The notes beneath the pieces are model-generated. The model had not been told where the DNA came from, did not search any database, and saw only the letters and a program-made list of their open reading frames with translations. Source: Vulcanimicrobiota bacterium (GTDB lineage Bacteria > Vulcanimicrobiota > Xenobia > Xenobiales > JADMJV01). From it: a stretch of 64,000 nt of DNA. The DNA lies in assembly GCA_050250895.1 (NCBI GenBank), contig JBFWNU010000001.1:384001-448000 (forward strand). Direction: 5' to 3'. Position 1 is the stretch's first letter; every line of letters starts with the position of its first letter. The translations under genes and the position numbers were made by a program. Below, piece by piece: positions 46,318 through 56,870 of the stretch.

Positions 46318-47670
46318 TCAGTCGTTCCCTGGGTTTTCCTTGAGGAAAGCCGGGTGTGTCGTTTTTCCCCGGATCTCCTTGCGCAAAACCAACGCCAGGG
46401 CGACCGCTCCCATACATTGCAGCAAGACTCCGGTCAGGGCCGTACCGATGATCCCCCCCTGGACGCAAGTCACGGGGTAGAGTAACACGGCCAGCAGAAC
46501 CTGGCAACCCGCAATCTTGCCGAGGGCGTCCGGACGCCGCAACGACAGCAAAACGGTGCCCAGAATGGTGGAAGGAATCGTGAAGAGCGTCACCACCACC
46601 ATGATCTGGAAGGTATGCACCACCGAGGGCAGCGTGAATTTCTCTCCGAAGACCACCAGGAACCGGCCGGCCAGCGACAGCCACACCAAAGCGGCCAGAG
46701 CGAGCACGCCAAAATAGGTGCCGCAACGTCGAATCAGGTCGCGAATCTGCTCGAGCGAATTGATGCGGTTGACCTTGGGCAGCAAGACCATCCCCACCGA
46801 CTCGCTGACCAGCAACAGCGCGTAGGCCAGACCCTTGGCGGCCTCGAACTGGCCCACCTGCTCGAGCGCCCCATAGCGGGTCAGCATCAACGAGTCGATG
46901 CACAGCAAAATCAGGGTGGCGGCTCGGTAGACGAACACCCCACGACCGAAGTGCATCAATTCGCCGACGTTGGCACGCCACTCGTTCAGGCTCGGTTGCA
47001 TGAGCATGCGAACCAGGACAAGGCCCACCGCTACCGACAGGCCGGGGCAAAGAAAATAGAGCCACATATAGCGGTCCATCGTCAGCAAGACCCCGTCGCG
47101 GTAGAAGAACAGAGCGAAGAACGAACTCAGGCGACCCGCGTCCATGATGATGCGCAAACCCGAAGCGGTCGAGAAGCGCTGCTGGATGTGCAGGGCCCCT
47201 TCCAGACCGTCCCAGAGGACCCACAAGAAGACTCCCACGGCGGTGATTTGCAGAAACGGACCCAGATGCGGCTTACGGAAAACGGTCTCGGCGATGGTGC
47301 TGCCCAGCAGCCAGCCGAGGCTCATGACCACCGCGCCAGCCACGACCTTGACAGCCAGACCACTGCCGATCAGGCGCTTGACCCGTTCTGGTTCTTCGTC
47401 GACCACCCGCGAGCCCAGATTGACCATCGAGTAGCGGACGCCCACATCGGCCAGGATGCTGAGCACGGTGAGCACCGCGTAGCACATGGCAAAGATGCCC
47501 AACTCGTCGGGCCCCATGCGACGCCCGATGACCACCTTGAGGATGAATCCGGTGGCGGTGGCAAAGGCCGTGCCCCCCAGCACCAGACCAAAATCCATGA
47601 GGCTGCGAAAGCTGGGCAACCTCAATCCCCGCTGGGGTGTGTTGGTGGGCGTCAGGCCGGGGTCGGTCAT
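46318..47670 (-). CDS. Wzx/MOP-superfamily oligosaccharide flippase
   Basis: R.MGPDELGIF, LADVGV, IDSLMLTRY..EQVGQF.AA, VLLPK, GIIGTA; about 12 TM helices; start re-assigned to ATG at 47670. Confidence 0.85.
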   Translation of the reverse strand: MTDPGLTPTNTPQRGLRLPSFRSLMDFGLVLGGTAFATATGFILKVVIGRRMGPDELGIFAMCYAVLTVLSILADVGVRYSMVNLGSRVVDEEPERVKRLIGSGLAVKVVAGAVVMSLGWLLGSTIAETVFRKPHLGPFLQITAVGVFLWVLWDGLEGALHIQQRFSTASGLRIIMDAGRLSSFFALFFYRDGVLLTMDRYMWLYFLCPGLSVAVGLVLVRMLMQPSLNEWRANVGELMHFGRGVFVYRAATLILLCIDSLMLTRYGALEQVGQFEAAKGLAYALLLVSESVGMVLLPKVNRINSLEQIRDLIRRCGTYFGVLALAALVWLSLAGRFLVVFGEKFTLPSVVHTFQIMVVVTLFTIPSTILGTVLLSLRRPDALGKIAGCQVLLAVLLYPVTCVQGGIIGTALTGVLLQCMGAVALALVLRKEIRGKTTHPAFLKENPGND

Positions 47671-47758
47671 GGCCGGCACGCCTTCGGGCAGCCATCCGAG
47701 GTTCCTTTCGAACACTTGGACAGGACAAGCCCATCGCGTCTGGCGAAGGCATCCCAGC

Positions 47759-49123
47759 ATGAAGCCTGGCTGGCCCGGACGAACGAGTGACGAGCTTAGC
47801 GATTTTCTCAGGCAGCAGCACGGCGCCGGAGAACTCGAGTCCAAAGGCTTTTTCACCATCGCAGCCGAGGCGGCCATCGGCAAGTTGGCTGCCTTTGGCC
47901 TGCCCCGAGCCAGCGCCTGGATCCTCAAGATCGTGCAGGCCGCCGTGGCGGCCGGAGCTCCCCACCTGCAGATCGCCCAGCATGCCGACGTGACCCTGTT
48001 CGAGTTCGAGCCGCGCCAACCCACCTCCGGCAACGATTTGCAACAGTGGCTGGCTTCGGTGCAGCCCAGCCCTGAGCGCTGGTTGCAGCATCTCTCGGCG
48101 GGGCTTCGTTCGGTTGGATTTGCCGACCAACGAGCCTTCACGCTCTCTTGTCGCAGCCAGGGCGTCGAGACCTTGATCGGCTGGGACGGCCAGGAATTGC
48201 GCCGGCGAGACCGGCCTGACCCCAAGGTCGGGCGACTCTTACGGCTGGGGGTGAGCTTTCCGCCCGATGACCGGGGCAAGGTCTTCGGGGGAGCCTTCCG
48301 CTCCGGCACCCGCGCCGTGGAAGAATACCAGGAACTGGTCAACAATGCTTCGGCCTGCCCCATCCCCTGCCTGGTCGACGGCCGCCGCATCGACACCCTG
48401 GAGCGGCGTCAGTTGCAGGTCATCGAGTCTTCCCGCAGTCTGCTGGGGATAGGTTGGAACAGCGGGGTGGAAGGATTGCACCCGTTCGGGCCACCTCAGG
48501 GACTGCCCAAAGCCCAGTCGAGCTGGCGCCCCAGCGACCGTTTCACTGACGCTCGCCCGCTGACGCTGGTGGGCCAACCGGCACCCGCCGTCAGCCTGCT
48601 CTGGCGCCTGGACTATCACTATCGCATCGAAGGCCACCGTAGCCGAGAAAGCGACTTTCGCTTCCACAGCCTGCCCCAGGGCTCGCGCTGTTGCTGGCTA
48701 CGCGACGGGGTGGCCTGTCAGGTGGAGCGGATCGAGGCTCTCGAATCGAGCCCGATCAGCCTGACGCTGTATGTGAGCGCCGACGACCTCGAGACCGACA
48801 TCTCGGGCTTTGCCATGCGCGATGAGCGCGCGCTGAGTGGCCGCCTGAAGCGGGCTCTGCGAGCCCTGGTTCCGCAGATGGCAGAGGTCGAGGTGGCCCT
48901 GCAGGAGCACTACTCCCTGCCGTTCGGCTCCCATGTGGCCCTTTACGGAGGCATCGGCCTGGCCGTGGTGGCCGCCGTGCCCAGCCTGGGCAAATCCATG
49001 GTCGCGGCTCTGATGGGGGCCCAACTGCTGCAGTCGGCCTACGACAAGAGCCAGATCGTCAAGGCTTGCCGGTCGGCCCTCGAGGGCTTTCTGGTCAATC
49101 TGGATCGAGTGGCCCACCGATGA
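47759..49123 (+). CDS. Hypothetical protein with degenerate HtpG/GHKL-like N-terminus and C-terminal TM hairpin
   Basis: GFFTIAAEAAIGKLAAFGLPRASAWILKIVQAA; paralog of 42100-43302; start uncertain. Confidence 0.7.
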   Translation: MKPGWPGRTSDELSDFLRQQHGAGELESKGFFTIAAEAAIGKLAAFGLPRASAWILKIVQAAVAAGAPHLQIAQHADVTLFEFEPRQPTSGNDLQQWLASVQPSPERWLQHLSAGLRSVGFADQRAFTLSCRSQGVETLIGWDGQELRRRDRPDPKVGRLLRLGVSFPPDDRGKVFGGAFRSGTRAVEEYQELVNNASACPIPCLVDGRRIDTLERRQLQVIESSRSLLGIGWNSGVEGLHPFGPPQGLPKAQSSWRPSDRFTDARPLTLVGQPAPAVSLLWRLDYHYRIEGHRSRESDFRFHSLPQGSRCCWLRDGVACQVERIEALESSPISLTLYVSADDLETDISGFAMRDERALSGRLKRALRALVPQMAEVEVALQEHYSLPFGSHVALYGGIGLAVVAAVPSLGKSMVAALMGAQLLQSAYDKSQIVKACRSALEGFLVNLDRVAHR

Positions 49124-49593
49124 CCGTCGAGCTGATCGCCGAGCAAACCGAAGCCTACCTGCGGGCGCTGATCACCCAGGCCCACCGTCAGCACCCCGAA
49201 GCCAGGTTCACCGCGCTGGCCATCGAGATCGAGTCGAGCGGCGGCCCGGTTTATGTCTACCTGCACCACGGTGAGCACCGCCCGGTCAATTGCGAAGAGT
49301 GGAAGCTCAGCTACTTTGACCAAAAGGTCGAGGCCGGCCTGGTACCTGATTGGTGCGAGGATTTCGAGGATCTCTATACCGCCTACGCCGAGGGCGAATT
49401 CAACGACTATCCCAAGCTGCGAGCCTATCTCGAGATGGCTCTGCAGGGGGTGGCTCAAGCCCTGGCGGGCCTGGCTCGGGACGGGTTTCTCGAGAGCCGG
49501 GGCTTTGCCGACCGCCCCCATCTGGCGGTCTTCAACGAAGAGGACGCCCACCCCCAGATGGGAGTCCAGCGGGTCAAGGCCGCTCCGAAATAG
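49120..49593 (+). CDS. Small acidic hypothetical protein (loosely DUF4303-like)
   Basis: ATGA overlap with the previous gene; FTALAI..NCEEW..ALAGLARDGFL pattern. Confidence 0.55.
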   Translation: MTVELIAEQTEAYLRALITQAHRQHPEARFTALAIEIESSGGPVYVYLHHGEHRPVNCEEWKLSYFDQKVEAGLVPDWCEDFEDLYTAYAEGEFNDYPKLRAYLEMALQGVAQALAGLARDGFLESRGFADRPHLAVFNEEDAHPQMGVQRVKAAPK

Positions 49594-51400
49594 GCGGGTC
49601 CTCCCAGGTTCCGAGGGGAGGAAGGCGCTGCCAGCTGCGCATGACCGCGGGCGGGTCGAAGGGCACCTCGACCTTCTGCTGATAAGGCCCCGTCAGCTCG
49701 AGGCGTAGCTCGTGATCGCCGCCAGCGTCGGGAGTGGCCAGCCACAGTTGGACCGTCTTTCGTCCTTCCAGCAGGCCACCGGCCAGACTTTGAATCGGAA
49801 TAGGTCCGGTGGCCGGCTCGGCGCTCAGGCGAACTTCGCGAGCCCAGTCCAGGGCGAGCGGGAGCCCGGACGTATTCTCGAGTTCGATGGGCACCTTGAC
49901 CAGGCTGCGCGAAGGCAGCTTCTCGGTGAGCGACCAGTGGGCGCGCAGGCCCGCCAGTGCCGCCGGCAGATTGGAGTCGAAGGTCTGCCCCGCGGCCGTG
50001 TAGCGCCCCGGCGTGGCGGGCACCACCAGATACCGACTTTTGACCGGTTGGCCCCAGGGCTTGCCGTTTCGTTCGACCTGATAACCCGACTGGCCCAGAT
50101 CGACCAGTTGCCCCGGCGCGGGCGGACCGGTCATCGGCTCGGCCACCTGAACCGGCCCGCGAAAGAACACCGTGGCCTCGATCAACGAGGGATCGCCCAG
50201 ACGGCGGACCAGGGCCGGTCCGGGCAACAGTTCGGGCGAATCGGGATCGGCCCACCAGCCGTCCAGGGGACGGTCCGCCAGACAGGCCAGCACGGCTGCT
50301 GCCACCAGCGGCTCGTCAGCCTCGCCGGGGCTAAGCACCACCACCTCGCCCCGATGAGAAGCCAGCTGCTGGGCCAGCCTCAGGTCGTCGGGCCCCAGGC
50401 CCGCCAACTGGCCTCGGCCCTTGACCCACTCCTCGAGACTGATGGGCACGAACAGCGACCCGATAGGAATCTTTTTCTTCTGGGCGGCAACCAATAAACG
50501 ACGATTGAAAACCGACTCGGCCGGGCTCAATCCGAGGGCGCACAGCGTTACCACCACCACCGCCAACATGGCTCGATGGGGCAGAGCCAACTCGAGGCCC
50601 CTTTCCGACCAGACCAGGGCCGGCCTCACCGCCGGTGAAGCTTGCCAGCGTCTGGCTACCCACTCGCCGCCACAGACGCCCAGGCCCACGGCAGCCCCGA
50701 ATCCCGGCAGGCCTGCCAGCTGGCTACCTAGCTCGAGGCAGAGCCAGAGCCTGCCCTGGGAATGCAGGCGACTGAGCAAGAGCATCACCAGCACCGGCCC
50801 CAAACTGAACTCGGGGGCCGGCCAGCGACCGAGAAAGGCGGCCAGCAAAGCCACGCCCACCGCGGCTGCGGCCGGCCGCTCCCAGCGGCCATAGAGCACC
50901 AGTGCCAGCACCAGCGCCCAGCCCAGCGGCGGACTGACCAATAGCAGCAGGGCGGCCAGCCCAGGCACCGCCCAGGTCCATTCTTCGAGCCAGCTCAAAA
51001 GCGCCAGGGTGAAGAGCAGATGCCCCACGGCCAGGTTCAGGTCAGCGGTGAGCAACCAGGCTCCGGGACCCCAACAGAAGCCGAGACTGGCTCCCAGCCA
51101 ACCGGCCAGCCAGCCGCGCCGGCGGGTCAAACCCAGGAAGAGGCCGAGGAAGGCGGCGACCTGGGCCAGGCCGGTGGCCGCTTTGAACAGGCTGGCCGAG
51201 CCTCCCAGCCAGCCCATCAGACGGCTCGGCAAGGCCAGGTCGGGAGCGGCCTCGGGCCCGAGCGAGCAACCCAGAGCAAAGGGCAACTGGCGCACCAAAA
51301 AGTCATGCTCGAGTTCGACCTGCCAGTGGCCCACCGGGTAGAGCCAGGCGGCCAGGCTCATCACGACCAGCAACGGTATGAGGGCGGCGGGAACTCTCAC
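49574..51400 (-). CDS. Shortened, divergent paralog of the GT-C-like membrane proteins
   Basis: Multiple TM helices; LGPDDLRLAQQL, AVLACLADRPLDG, EKLPSRSLVKVPIELENTS, LWLATP; GTGA overlap with 51397-54144. Confidence 0.65.
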   Translation of the reverse strand: MRVPAALIPLLVVMSLAAWLYPVGHWQVELEHDFLVRQLPFALGCSLGPEAAPDLALPSRLMGWLGGSASLFKAATGLAQVAAFLGLFLGLTRRRGWLAGWLGASLGFCWGPGAWLLTADLNLAVGHLLFTLALLSWLEEWTWAVPGLAALLLLVSPPLGWALVLALVLYGRWERPAAAAVGVALLAAFLGRWPAPEFSLGPVLVMLLLSRLHSQGRLWLCLELGSQLAGLPGFGAAVGLGVCGGEWVARRWQASPAVRPALVWSERGLELALPHRAMLAVVVVTLCALGLSPAESVFNRRLLVAAQKKKIPIGSLFVPISLEEWVKGRGQLAGLGPDDLRLAQQLASHRGEVVVLSPGEADEPLVAAAVLACLADRPLDGWWADPDSPELLPGPALVRRLGDPSLIEATVFFRGPVQVAEPMTGPPAPGQLVDLGQSGYQVERNGKPWGQPVKSRYLVVPATPGRYTAAGQTFDSNLPAALAGLRAHWSLTEKLPSRSLVKVPIELENTSGLPLALDWAREVRLSAEPATGPIPIQSLAGGLLEGRKTVQLWLATPDAGGDHELRLELTGPYQQKVEVPFDPPAVMRSWQRLPPLGTWEDPPISERP

Positions 51401-54144
51401 CTGACCTCCACCAGGCTGCCCGGCAGCAACTCGACTTCGCCCTGTTCGGGCGATAGATAAAGGCTATAAAACCAGCTACCCGCCTGCCGCGGCATCACGG
51501 CCGGCAACTCGAGGGGCCCGTTTACTAGTGGCAGTTTGCGCAGATGAATATCGGGCAGAAGGTCGTATTCGCGACGCTCAGGGTCAAAAGCGGCCAGGCT
51601 AGCCAGGACCGGCTGGCCCAGTTGAAAGCCGTCGGGATAGCTCAACTCCAGGCGTGGCACACTGAGATGGCTGGGTCGGGTCTGGTCGAACTGTAGAGTG
51701 GCGATTTTGACCTGGGCCAGCAGGCGAGCAAAATCGACCACCAGGGGACCGGTGTCGCTCGGGATCTCGAGGCTACGCGAGCCGTCGCAGTAGCCAAACA
51801 GCAGGTCATAGTCGCCGTCTTCGGGAGGAGCCACCAGGGCCAACGGCACTTCCAGGCTCTGGCCCGGCTGCAGCTTTTCTTTGAGAGGCACGGCCACCCA
51901 TTCCACGGGCACGCTCTCTTTGCCGGTGGACTGCAGGCGGGTGCGATAGAACAGGGACCCGTCCAGGGCAACCGCCTGAGTCCCCCGATTCTCGACCCGC
52001 GCCCGGCGCGGAAAAACCTGATTGGAGCGGGCGTGGGCCGGCAACTCGAGGCCGCCGAGAAAGAGCGACGAATCCCCGTCGGGCTCGACCAGTTCGACCG
52101 GAGGCAGCGAGAAGCGATAGACCAGCCGGCGCTCCGGGCCCAGCCTCTCTTCGTGGGCTAACTCGAGCCCTTCCACCCCCTCGAGATCGGGCACCTCTTC
52201 GGTGGGCCGCAGATAGACCCAGTCCACTCCCAGCAGGCGCAGGTAGTAGGGGTCGCGGGTGGCCCAGAAGGCCAGAGCCGGGGGAGCCATGTGATAAGGG
52301 GTGGTACCGATCTTCTCGTCGTCCAGCGGCAGGGCGTGACCGACGCACCGAATTCCCGACACTCCCGTCAGGGTCGACTCGAACAGGATGCTGAAGTTGT
52401 TCTCTTGCCGAAAATTGGTGAGCAAACGCTGGCCCGGGCGGGCTTTGGTCTCGAGCCAGTGGGCGGCCGCATAGTCGACCGGATCGAAATCGAGTATGGC
52501 GTGGCTCTCGAGCCAGGTTGGCGTGGACGGAAAGACCAGGGCCGCCCCCACCAGACCCTTGCTCCAGGCCTCGCTCAGACGGCTGCTCACCAGCGATAGA
52601 CAGGCCAGGCTGTTGAGAGCGCAAAGGCCAATCACCAGCAGAGCCGCCAGGCCTTTGGTGGTAAAGCGCAGCCGCAGCACGCCGGGCTCTTCGTCAAAAG
52701 TCCAATCCAGGCCCGGCCGAGCGTAGAGCTCTTCGAGCCAGGCGCCCAGAAAAAGGCCGAGCGCCCCGGTGAAGCCCAGGGCGGCGGCAAATTCCCAGCG
52801 ATAATACTCCGATTCGTAGATGGGCCCGAAGTCGACCAGGGCGGGCACCAGGTAGGCGATCAGGCCGAAAGCCCCCAGGAACAAGCCGGCCGGGTGACCC
52901 CGGCGCAGCAAAAAGACGGCCGAGAGCGGCATCAGATAAAGTGGCAGAAAATGGATGCGCAGCACATCCCAGCTCCAGATATAGCGATAGCCACGGTCGG
53001 GAGCCGGCTTGTAGAAGATCTTGAGCGGCGTGTCGAGACGATAGATATAGGCGCAACGCTGATACTCGCCGGTCTCGAGCAGAATCTGGAAGAGGTTTTC
53101 CTTGGGAACGGTCACCTTGACCACCTGGGCCTGATTCTGCATCCCCTTCGACAGCTGCTCGGGTTGCTGGTCTTGATGCCCGGCCAGGCGACGCTCGACG
53201 ATGTTGGTCAGCGGCCCCCCCTGGGTGGCCGCCAGGGGAAAGGCCAGACCCAGCATCAGAGCCACCAGAGCCAGCGAGCGTAAGGGGATGCGCTTGAGCG
53301 CCAAAAGGATCGGCGTGACCCCCACCAGGACCAGCACGCACACCCCGAAGTGGGTTTCGTAGACGATGGCGTAGCCCCCCAGCACCAGCCCGCCCACCAC
53401 CGCCGCCATGCGCGAACCCGACCACAGGCGCAAGGTCATATCGGCCACCAGGGCCAGATAGAGGTGCACGTAGGGGTTATTGTTCTGGAGGGTATCGATC
53501 AGACCGCCCCGCCCCCCGGCGTTGATACCGAAGTAGAGAAATCCGGCTCCCAAGACGGCCTGAAGTTCGCTGCCGGTAGCCCGGCGCAGGGAGGCGAAGA
53601 GCAGCAGGAAGGTGGCCATCTGCAACAGGGTGGTCATGACCATCTGCACTTTGAAGGTATCGTGGCCGGTCAGGTAGGCCACCGTCACCAGCGACAGATT
53701 GCGTCCATAGTGGCCGTTCATGGGAATGTCCGAAAAGAACGGGTTATAGGGAGGGAAGTTGCCGTGGAGCATCAGACCCTGAAGGGGCGAGTGAATCCAG
53801 AAATCATCATCCGGGCTACCGATCTGCTGGGCATTGCTGAACAGATAGATCAGCAGACAGACCGCGATCAGGAAGGCTTTCGTCGGACCGCCCAGAGGCA
53901 GAGGGGCCGTCTCGGGCGCGTTGACGAACCACAGGCCGAGGCAGGCCAGGGCCTGGAGCCCCAGGGTCCAGAAAACAGCCTGGTCGACCCCCGCAATCAG
54001 ATAGAAACCATTCACCCCCAGCAGCGTCAGCGCCACCGCCAGAGGAACGGTCAAAGCCCCGGCCGTGAGAGGATCGGCCTCGCCCAATCCGCGCCGGGCC
54101 AGCAGCCAGCCCAGCAGCAGGGGTATGACCAGTAGCACGGCCAT
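51397..54144 (-). CDS. Large polytopic membrane protein, putative GT-C-fold glycosyltransferase (paralog 2)
   Basis: PDDDFWIH..NPFF..NGHYGRN, DTLQNNN, YETH, VPKEN, DFGPIYESEYYRWEF. Confidence 0.7.
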   Translation of the reverse strand: MAVLLVIPLLLGWLLARRGLGEADPLTAGALTVPLAVALTLLGVNGFYLIAGVDQAVFWTLGLQALACLGLWFVNAPETAPLPLGGPTKAFLIAVCLLIYLFSNAQQIGSPDDDFWIHSPLQGLMLHGNFPPYNPFFSDIPMNGHYGRNLSLVTVAYLTGHDTFKVQMVMTTLLQMATFLLLFASLRRATGSELQAVLGAGFLYFGINAGGRGGLIDTLQNNNPYVHLYLALVADMTLRLWSGSRMAAVVGGLVLGGYAIVYETHFGVCVLVLVGVTPILLALKRIPLRSLALVALMLGLAFPLAATQGGPLTNIVERRLAGHQDQQPEQLSKGMQNQAQVVKVTVPKENLFQILLETGEYQRCAYIYRLDTPLKIFYKPAPDRGYRYIWSWDVLRIHFLPLYLMPLSAVFLLRRGHPAGLFLGAFGLIAYLVPALVDFGPIYESEYYRWEFAAALGFTGALGLFLGAWLEELYARPGLDWTFDEEPGVLRLRFTTKGLAALLVIGLCALNSLACLSLVSSRLSEAWSKGLVGAALVFPSTPTWLESHAILDFDPVDYAAAHWLETKARPGQRLLTNFRQENNFSILFESTLTGVSGIRCVGHALPLDDEKIGTTPYHMAPPALAFWATRDPYYLRLLGVDWVYLRPTEEVPDLEGVEGLELAHEERLGPERRLVYRFSLPPVELVEPDGDSSLFLGGLELPAHARSNQVFPRRARVENRGTQAVALDGSLFYRTRLQSTGKESVPVEWVAVPLKEKLQPGQSLEVPLALVAPPEDGDYDLLFGYCDGSRSLEIPSDTGPLVVDFARLLAQVKIATLQFDQTRPSHLSVPRLELSYPDGFQLGQPVLASLAAFDPERREYDLLPDIHLRKLPLVNGPLELPAVMPRQAGSWFYSLYLSPEQGEVELLPGSLVEVR

Positions 54145-54239
54145 GAGGCCCGGTGTTTCTGTGCGCTGGCCCCCTCTCCTGTGCGGCGCGGCGCGCGTGG
54201 CCGCAGGGATGGACTCTCGTCCGCAGAACAGCCGGCCCG

Positions 54240-56870
54240 ATGGAATCGGTGCTCGCCCTAGCTCTTGGCCTGGTGGTCCTGTGGATCACCGGCTTTCTGG
54301 CCGTGCGCCAGGGGCTGGGGATTACCGATCCCCTGGTAGCGCTAGGATTGCCGCTGCCGCTGGCTCTGCTGGTGCTGTTGGGCCTGGGCCACGGGCTGGC
54401 CCAACTGCTCGGCCAACCATTGGGCTGGACGCTGGCCAGCCTGGCGGTGGTGGCCCTGATGGGTTGGCTCTTCTCGCGCCGCAAGACGCTCGCGCCGCTC
54501 TCGGAGGTCGGATTCTCGCCCTTTGTGTGGGGGATTCTGATGACGGCCATGTCGGGGGCCTACTTCATCATGCACACCCGCGAGGTCAGCGGTCCCGAGG
54601 ATGACTACTGGGTCCACTTCCCCATCATCTCGCTGCTCGAGCGAGGCAACTTTCCACCGCCCAATCCCTTCTTCTACAACCTGGACCTGGGGGGGCACTT
54701 CGGCCGGGATTATCTGATCGCGATGCTGACCTGGCTGAGCGACGATATCATGCTGAGCACCTGGACCTTCAACCACCTGCTCTCGCTCAGCCTGTTCGTG
54801 CTGGCCTGCGGACTGGGCCGCCTTTATGGCCAGAGCACCGCCGCCGCCCTGTTCCTGCCGATGTTCTTGTTCTTCGGCATCAGCGTGGGCAGCCGGGTGG
54901 GAATGGTCGACACCTACGATAACAACAACCTGCTGGTGTATGCCCTGCTACTCGCTTTGTTGGTGGTCTTGATGCGGGCGGTCGAGGCCGGGACCTATCC
55001 CCCCTTCGTCGCACTGGGTCTGCTGCTCGGCATTTATGGCATCGTCTACGAGACCCACCTCATCCTGGTGCTCGGCTGCGTGGTCTTGTTCCCCTGGCAG
55101 CAACAGGGTCGAAAGCTGCTCGGCCCGAGCCTGGCCTGTTGCGCGCTGGCCCTGGGGCTGGCGGCCCTGCTGGGCGGACCCATCCAGGACCTGGCCCTGC
55201 GCGGGCTCGGCCTCGAGCGGCGCGACACCGTCACCCACGCCGACAGCTATCAGGCTCAAACCGTGCAGGTCCACTTTCCCAAAGAGAATTTTCTCCAGAT
55301 TTGCCTGGGACCGGACTCCTATCGCCGGCGCTCTTACGTCTACGAAGGCAAGCTCTTCTCGAATCTGCTGCCTCCGCTGCGAGACGAGGGCTACGACTAT
55401 GCCTACATCTTCGGGCCGCGCGTGCTCTTGATGCACTGGCTGGCTCTCTATCTCGGCTTTCCGGCGGGGTTCTACCTGTGGAAGCGGGGCCACCGGTTTG
55501 GCCTGCTGCTGTGGCTGTTCGCGGTGCTGGCTTATCTGGCTCCGGCGGTGGTCGATTTCGGGCCGGTCCACGAGAAGGAGTACTTCCGCTGGGAGTTTGC
55601 CGCCGCCTTTGGCTTCGCCGGCGCTCTGGCCCTGGCCCTGGCCGACCTCTTCGAGCGAGCCCCGGCACGCTGGCAAAAGGCCTTGCTGATCCTGTTGGCG
55701 GGCCTGGTCATGCTGGGCGGCGAGCGACGCCTCAACAAGACCTTCATCGAGGCCGAGAAGGCTTCGCCGCGCCTGGCCCAGCTTTATGCCAGCCCGTTCT
55801 ATCCATCCAGCCAGCGCTGGTTCGTCGAGACCGAGGTCTTCAACTTAAGCCCCGACGATGTGGCGGTGGCCCGCTGGCTGGGCGCCAACTCGCGCCCCGA
55901 AGACCGGATGCTGGTCAACCTCGACCCCCGGGCCCACTGGGACATCTTCGCCGAGTCGACCATCGCCGGTTTGGCCGGAATGCGCTCCATCGGCCACCAG
56001 TCACCACCGCCCTGGATGCCCGACGGCATCGCTCCCTTCTTTCGCACCGCCAACCCCACCGTCTTCTGGCAAGAACTCGACGCCCGCGCCCTGCCGGCCA
56101 GCGGGGCCACCTGGCTGTTCTGCCGGCTCGACGGCGACCTGGGCGAGCGATTGGCCACCATCCCCGGCCTGGTCGAGGCCCACCGCTCGGGCCAGGTGGC
56201 AGCCTATCGCTACACCCCCCCCGGGGGCGCCAGCCCGGCCCAAGACCTGAGTTTGCAAGAACTGGCCCTGCCCGACCCGGCCCGCCTGCAGAGCGAAGTG
56301 GCCTATTCCACCCCGGTGAGACTGCGCAACGACGGCTCCCAAAAGCTCGAGTGGCGAGGCTACCTCAGTCTGCGCCAGCTCCCCCTGGAAGGCACCGACC
56401 CCGGCGGGACCATCGAACCATTGGCCCTGTGGGTCGACCTCGAACTCGAGCCTGGCCAGGAGAAAACCGTCGACCACTGGCTGGTGCCCCCCCTGGTGGA
56501 GGGCGGCTACCGGGTCGAAGTGTTGGCCGACGGCGTTCCCCTGGGAGAACGAGAGTACCGCTACTCGTTTCTCGACCAGGGCGCCCAGGTGAGCCTGGCC
56601 GCCGTCGAGCGTGACCGGTTTCGGCTCGAGCCCGACGGCTTCAAGGTCGAGGGGCCGCTGCGGGTGGGCTGGCGCCTGTACGACCTCGAGGAGCGGCGCT
56701 ACCCTACCCCCTTCGGGTTTGTGGGCACGACCGTCTGGGATGGAGGCGCAGAATGGCTGCCTTACCAGGCTGTCGAGGATGCTCCGGCGAATCGTTATCG
56801 TCTGGACTTTTTTCTGGTCTCGCGAAGTGGCCGTGAGGTCCACCTCAAAGACGAAAGGACCAAGGGATGA
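54240..56870 (+). CDS. Large polytopic membrane protein, putative GT-C-fold glycosyltransferase (paralog 3)
   Basis: PEDDYWVH..NPFF..GGHFGRD, DTYDNNN, YETH, FPKEN, DFGPVHEKEYFRWEF; start re-assigned to ATG at 54240 by alignment with the paralogs. Confidence 0.7.
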   Translation: MESVLALALGLVVLWITGFLAVRQGLGITDPLVALGLPLPLALLVLLGLGHGLAQLLGQPLGWTLASLAVVALMGWLFSRRKTLAPLSEVGFSPFVWGILMTAMSGAYFIMHTREVSGPEDDYWVHFPIISLLERGNFPPPNPFFYNLDLGGHFGRDYLIAMLTWLSDDIMLSTWTFNHLLSLSLFVLACGLGRLYGQSTAAALFLPMFLFFGISVGSRVGMVDTYDNNNLLVYALLLALLVVLMRAVEAGTYPPFVALGLLLGIYGIVYETHLILVLGCVVLFPWQQQGRKLLGPSLACCALALGLAALLGGPIQDLALRGLGLERRDTVTHADSYQAQTVQVHFPKENFLQICLGPDSYRRRSYVYEGKLFSNLLPPLRDEGYDYAYIFGPRVLLMHWLALYLGFPAGFYLWKRGHRFGLLLWLFAVLAYLAPAVVDFGPVHEKEYFRWEFAAAFGFAGALALALADLFERAPARWQKALLILLAGLVMLGGERRLNKTFIEAEKASPRLAQLYASPFYPSSQRWFVETEVFNLSPDDVAVARWLGANSRPEDRMLVNLDPRAHWDIFAESTIAGLAGMRSIGHQSPPPWMPDGIAPFFRTANPTVFWQELDARALPASGATWLFCRLDGDLGERLATIPGLVEAHRSGQVAAYRYTPPGGASPAQDLSLQELALPDPARLQSEVAYSTPVRLRNDGSQKLEWRGYLSLRQLPLEGTDPGGTIEPLALWVDLELEPGQEKTVDHWLVPPLVEGGYRVEVLADGVPLGEREYRYSFLDQGAQVSLAAVERDRFRLEPDGFKVEGPLRVGWRLYDLEERRYPTPFGFVGTTVWDGGAEWLPYQAVEDAPANRYRLDFFLVSRSGREVHLKDERTKG

